DNA of 38,661 bases from Octopus sinensis (Eukaryota): assembly GCF_006345805.1 (NCBI RefSeq), contig NW_021832494.1, positions 1-38,661 on the forward strand, read 5' to 3'. A model generated the notes under the pieces. The model did no database searches, had not been told where the DNA came from, and saw only the letters and a program-made list of their open reading frames with translations. The position numbers were made by a program, and so were the translations under genes. Position 1 is the first letter of the stretch. Each line of letters opens with the position of its first letter. Shown here in pieces: positions 34,347-38,661 of the stretch.

Positions 34347-34685
34347 TATATATATATATATATATATATAAACACAATATATGATTGGTTTGGTTGTCTC
34401 CAGCTACATTATGCAACTTGGAATATTGTGGATAATTTACATAATGGAATATTTATTGAACATTTAACAGAAGTCATTGTATTTCTTACTGAACACTGAA
34501 GAGGTGAATTCACAAGATTATGTAATGTGTGAACAACAATTATGTAATCCTGACAGTAAGTTGATGAGATACGCGTAGGTTTTACAGCATACCTGTTTTC
34601 TGCATTTCATTAATGCATACATACACAAATAAATACATACGTACGTATACATGCATTCAAAAGAAGCTGACACAGATTCTCCCAA

Positions 34686-34959
34686 AGGAAACTGATGCAA
34701 ATTTTCTAAATTCAATCTGTTAGTGATACAGTGAAGATTTCTAAGACACTCCAAGGATTCTCTGTCTGAGATTCTTTAGGTGAATAGATGCACACGCTTG
34801 GGTGTACGCACTGGCAGTCCAACCAACATGCCATCTCAACCACATACCCAGAAGCACTGGAAACTCTCTTGCTCAATTTCCTTAACTTAGAAGGTCTTGT
34901 TGCTGTTGTAGTGACCTGAACTCTCTCAAGAAGAACTTAAATAAATCTCAAAAAAGAAA
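34686..34959 (+). mobile_element. Old 3' remnant of an RLE-type (R4/Dong-like) LINE
   Basis: RKLMQIF*IQSVSDTVKISKTLQGFSV* aligns by eye with RRK..R.LQIQSITGTVKICKTFQKFII* at 35.8 kb; ends AATAAA...GAAA followed by CATACATAC. Confidence 0.5.
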
Positions 34960-34991
34960 CATACATACTTACATCATATATATTATTATAG

Positions 34992-35026
<35 letters not shown>

Positions 35027-35537
35027 AGATATATATCTATATATATATATATACATACATCATCATACATACATCATACATACATACATACATCATACAT
35101 ACATACATACATACATACATACATACATACATACACATCATACATACATCATACATACATACATCATACATACATACATACATACATACATACATACATA
35201 CATACATCATACATACAACATACATGCATGCATGCTACATAATAATACTGCATACATAAATACATATATACATACATACATACATACACACATACATGCA
35301 TACATAAATACATACATACATGCATACATAAATACATATATACATACATCATACATACACACATACATGCATACATAAATACATACATACATGCATACAT
35401 AAATACATGGCATGCATACAAACATACATACATACATACATACATGTGTACATACATAAAGGCATTCATATACACATGAATTATTGTGTATACCGTATGC
35501 ATGCATACTTTCATACATACATGCATATATACATACA
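34960..35537. repeat. (TA)n then (TACA)n microsatellite
   Basis: Direct reading. Confidence 0.95.
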
Positions 35538-36058
35538 ATGATTTGGGATAGAGGAGAGAAACTGTGTATACTTGTGAAAATTAATTACCCACTGGATGTT
35601 AACATAAAGTTGAAGATCAGTGGAAAAGAGAACACCTATGCTGAACTATTGAGAAATCTGCAGTTACTCTATCCAGATTACAAGTTCAGGTTTATACCTG
35701 TAATTATTGGGGCCCTGGGATACGTAACACTGCCTAAATACCAAGCTTGAGAAATTAGGCTTCTCAAAACCTGAAAGAAGAAAGCCAATTCGAAGCTACA
35801 GATCCAATCCATCACTGGAACTGTAAAAATCTGTAAAACTTTCCAGAAGTTTATCATTTAAAGATATATGAGCACGTCTGATGTGCAGCTATATGCATGA
35901 GAATACATACATAGAACATACAAATCTGCACATACATACATACAAACAAAAATATCCTGTTGTTGATGTTGAAAATTCCAATGAAGGAGCCTTGGATCTA
36001 GGTTAGAAACCGGTTCTTTCTCTATTGGCAAGAAATCTTGAATAAACTAAATAATGAC
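35538..36058 (+). mobile_element. 5'-truncated non-LTR element with restriction-like endonuclease C-terminus (R4/Dong-like), embedded in (TACA)n
   Basis: MIWDRGEKLCILVKINYPLDVNIKLKISGKENTYAELLRNLQLLYPDYKFRFIPVIIGALG, then after frameshifts LEKLGF...GTVKICKTFQKFII* (stop 35859-35861); 3' UTR ends AATAAACTAAATAATGA. Confidence 0.8.
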
Positions 36059-36197
36059 ATACATGCATACATACATACATACATTGTACATATATACATA
36101 CATACATGCATGCATACATATATACATACATATATAATATACATACTTATATATATACATACATATATATATACTACTATATACATACGTACATATA

Positions 36198-36231
<34 letters not shown>

Positions 36232-37107
36232 CATACATATATACATACATACATACTATATACATACATACATACGTACATATATACATACACATATACA
36301 TACATATATACATACAATACATACATATATACATACATACATACTACATATATATATACATACATACATAAATACGTACATACATCATAACATACATACA
36401 TACATATATACATCATATATATACATACATACATACATATATACATACATACATACGTACATATATACATACCATATCCAGACATATATACATACATACA
36501 TACATACATACATACATACGTACTATATACATACATACGTACATACATCCATACATACATACAAACACACATACATACATACATACATACATCATACATA
36601 CATACAACACACATACATACATCATACATACATACATACATACATACATCATACATACATACATACATACATACAACATACATACATATATACATACATA
36701 CATACGTACATATATACATACACATATACATACATATATACATACATAACATACATATACTACATACATACGTACATATATACATACATACATACATACA
36801 TATATACATACATACATACATACATACATAATACATACATACTACATACATACATACATACATACATACATACATTACATACATACATACTACATACATA
36901 CATACATACGTACATACATCATACATACATACAAACACACATACATACATCATACATACATACATACTACATACATCATACATACATACATACATATATA
37001 CAATACATACATATACATACATACATACATACATATATACATACATACATCATACATACATACATACATACATACATCATACATACATACATACATACAT
37101 AAATACA
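36059..37107. repeat. ~1-kb (TACA)n microsatellite
   Basis: Direct reading; explains the 354-aa and 289-aa ORF-track entries. Confidence 0.95.
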
Positions 37108-37301
37108 TGGTGGAAGTCAACTCCCAACCAAATAAGACTACGTCTTAAACTCAATCTTGGTCTCTCTCTCTCTCTCTGTTACCGATGCCATTTCCTAGGG
37201 TTTCTAAGGCCTGCAAATCACTTGAAACTGGCCCCAAGTCAGCCCCTCAGCAGCATCAGCCCAGCTATCAATTTAATTTGAATTAATTTATGTTGATTAT
37301 T

Positions 37302-37500
37302 CTTTTATTTGTTTCAATCACTTGACGGTGGCCATGCTGGAGCACCGCCTTTAGTCGAGCAAATCGACCCCGGGACTTATTCTATGTAAGCCTAGTACTT
37401 ATACTATCGGCCTCTTTTGCCAAACCGCTAAGTTACGGGGACGTAAACACACCAGCATCGGTTGTCAAGCAATGTTGGGGGGATAAACACAGACACACAA
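37302..37500 (-). mobile_element. SINE family A 3' module
   Basis: Reverse complement of the 3' module. Confidence 0.8.
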
Positions 37501-37576
37501 AAGTACACATGCATATGTGTATGTGTATATATATATATATATGTATGTATATATGTATGTATATAGTGGGAGGATT

Positions 37577-37788
37577 TCATGAAAAAATTATATCATTATT
37601 ATTATTATATTATCATTATTATCATTATCATCATCATTATATATATTATTATCTTCATTATTATATATTATCTTATTTCATTATTATATTATTACATTAT
37701 TATTATCATTATTATTATTTTATTATCATTATTATCATTATTATTATTATTATTATTATAATTATCATCATCATCATCATCATCATCA

Positions 37789-37821
<33 letters not shown>
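37577..37821. repeat. (ATT)n/(ATC)n microsatellite
   Basis: Direct reading. Confidence 0.9.
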
Positions 37822-37823
<2 letters not shown>

Positions 37824-37932
37824 TTGTCTTTAGCACCTGCTTTCACTGCACTACCGAGCACAGCGGTATTTCATTTACCACTACATTCTGAGGTCAACTT
37901 TGCCTTTTTCCTTTCAGGGTCGATAAAATACA

Positions 37933-38159
37933 TACCTATTTCTTTATTACCCACAAGGGGCTAAACATAGAGGGAACAAACAAGGACAGACATAGGTATT
38001 AAGTCGATTACATCGACCCCAATGCGTAACTGGTACTTATTTAATCGACCCGAAAGGATTGAAAGGTAAAGTCGACCTCGGTGGAATTTGAACTCACAAC
38101 GTAACGGAGACGAAATACTGTTATGCCCGGCATGCTAACGTTTCTGCTAGCTCACCGTG
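37933..38159 (-). mobile_element. SINE family D monomer inserted antisense into an older family-D copy (plus-strand pieces ~37875-37930 and 38160-38245)
   Basis: Minus-strand head CACGGTGAGCTAGCAGAAACG and tail AAAGAAATAGGTAT; flanking pieces match 3745-3885. Confidence 0.7.
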
Positions 38160-38315
38160 AAATACTGGGGTCGATATGATTGACTTATCCCCTCCCCAAA
38201 AATTCAGACCCTGTGCCTATAATAGAAAGGATTATTATTATTATTGTTGTCACAAGAATGGCCATATGAACGGACCAATTGTGAGGATACACCTGTGAAA
38301 AATTAAAAGGAAAAT

Positions 38316-38463
38316 ATAAAGGAGAAAGGGGCTCTCTACCCCCCTTTTGACCAGGCTCCTGTGGCTTTTATGGGTTAGATATTATGTAGTATAAAAAGTA
38401 TTATAAAAGGAGAAAGGGGCTCTCTACCCCCCTTTTGACCAGGCTCCCGTGGCTTTATGGGTT
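38316..38463 (+). repeat. ~60-bp direct repeat in an unidentified element (possibly a LINE 3' UTR, 38247 to the window end)
   Basis: AAAGGAGAAAGGGGCTCTCTACCCCCCTTTTGACCAGGCTCC twice; the window ends with CCTTGTGGCCAATAAACG. Confidence 0.55.
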
Positions 38464-38661
38464 TTTCCATGAGTAACCCTTTCGAAGCGCCCCCCCCCTT
38501 TTTGGGAGTTTAATTGTTACTTATATTTCGTTGTCATCCTGCTTTGTACACGGACCTTTTGCAAACGGACAGAACCCTTTGTAACTTTCGTCCTGTGTTT
38601 TGTCCCTTTATGTTTTAATTGATTTTTGTTAGCCTTGTGGCCAATAAACGAACGAATTAAT

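Noticed and set aside
35975-36020. HHR-like string CCAATGAAGGAGCC..GGTTAGAAACCGGTT in the RLE element 3' UTR
   Set aside because: Core deviates at essential positions (no CUGA), stem II is not closed next to GAAA, and there is no credible stem I
36038-37102. 354-aa and 289-aa ORFs (also those at 13.8-14.2, 21.1-21.8, 25.0-25.6 and 35.0-35.5 kb)
   Set aside because: Translations of TA/TACA microsatellites

Overview
AT-rich, repeat-saturated eukaryotic non-coding DNA. The SINE families (tRNA-like head, CORE-like core, internal (TA)n, AAAGAGT tails) look like those I recognise from Octopus genomes; this organism call is by recognition only. I found no convincing host protein-coding exon, and almost all ORF-track entries are microsatellite or SINE read-throughs. 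The centrepiece (14.2-21.0 kb) is two Penelope-like elements (PLEs) of different types lying head-to-head in (TA)n microsatellite. The first is a near-complete minus-strand RT + C-terminal GIY-YIG element (CxCx5Cx5C linker), broken mostly by 1-2 nt homopolymer deletions and a ~437-bp tandem duplication. The second is a 5'-truncated plus-strand thumb + GIY-YIG element (Cx4CxxC linker) enclosed by ~95-bp inverted copies of flanking DNA. Both end in hammerhead-ribozyme (HHR) folds, and the window holds four good and three degenerate HHR candidates. Other content: about 20 SINE copies including head-to-tail SINE multimers (one enclosed by a single 18-bp TSD), four non-autonomous Helitrons with swapped ends, RTE and R4/Dong-like LINE fragments, a fold-back mariner remnant, a piggyBac-type MITE, palindromic MITEs and very long simple repeats. 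All motifs were read by eye, so boundaries may be off by a few bases and clade names need HMM or phylogenetic confirmation.
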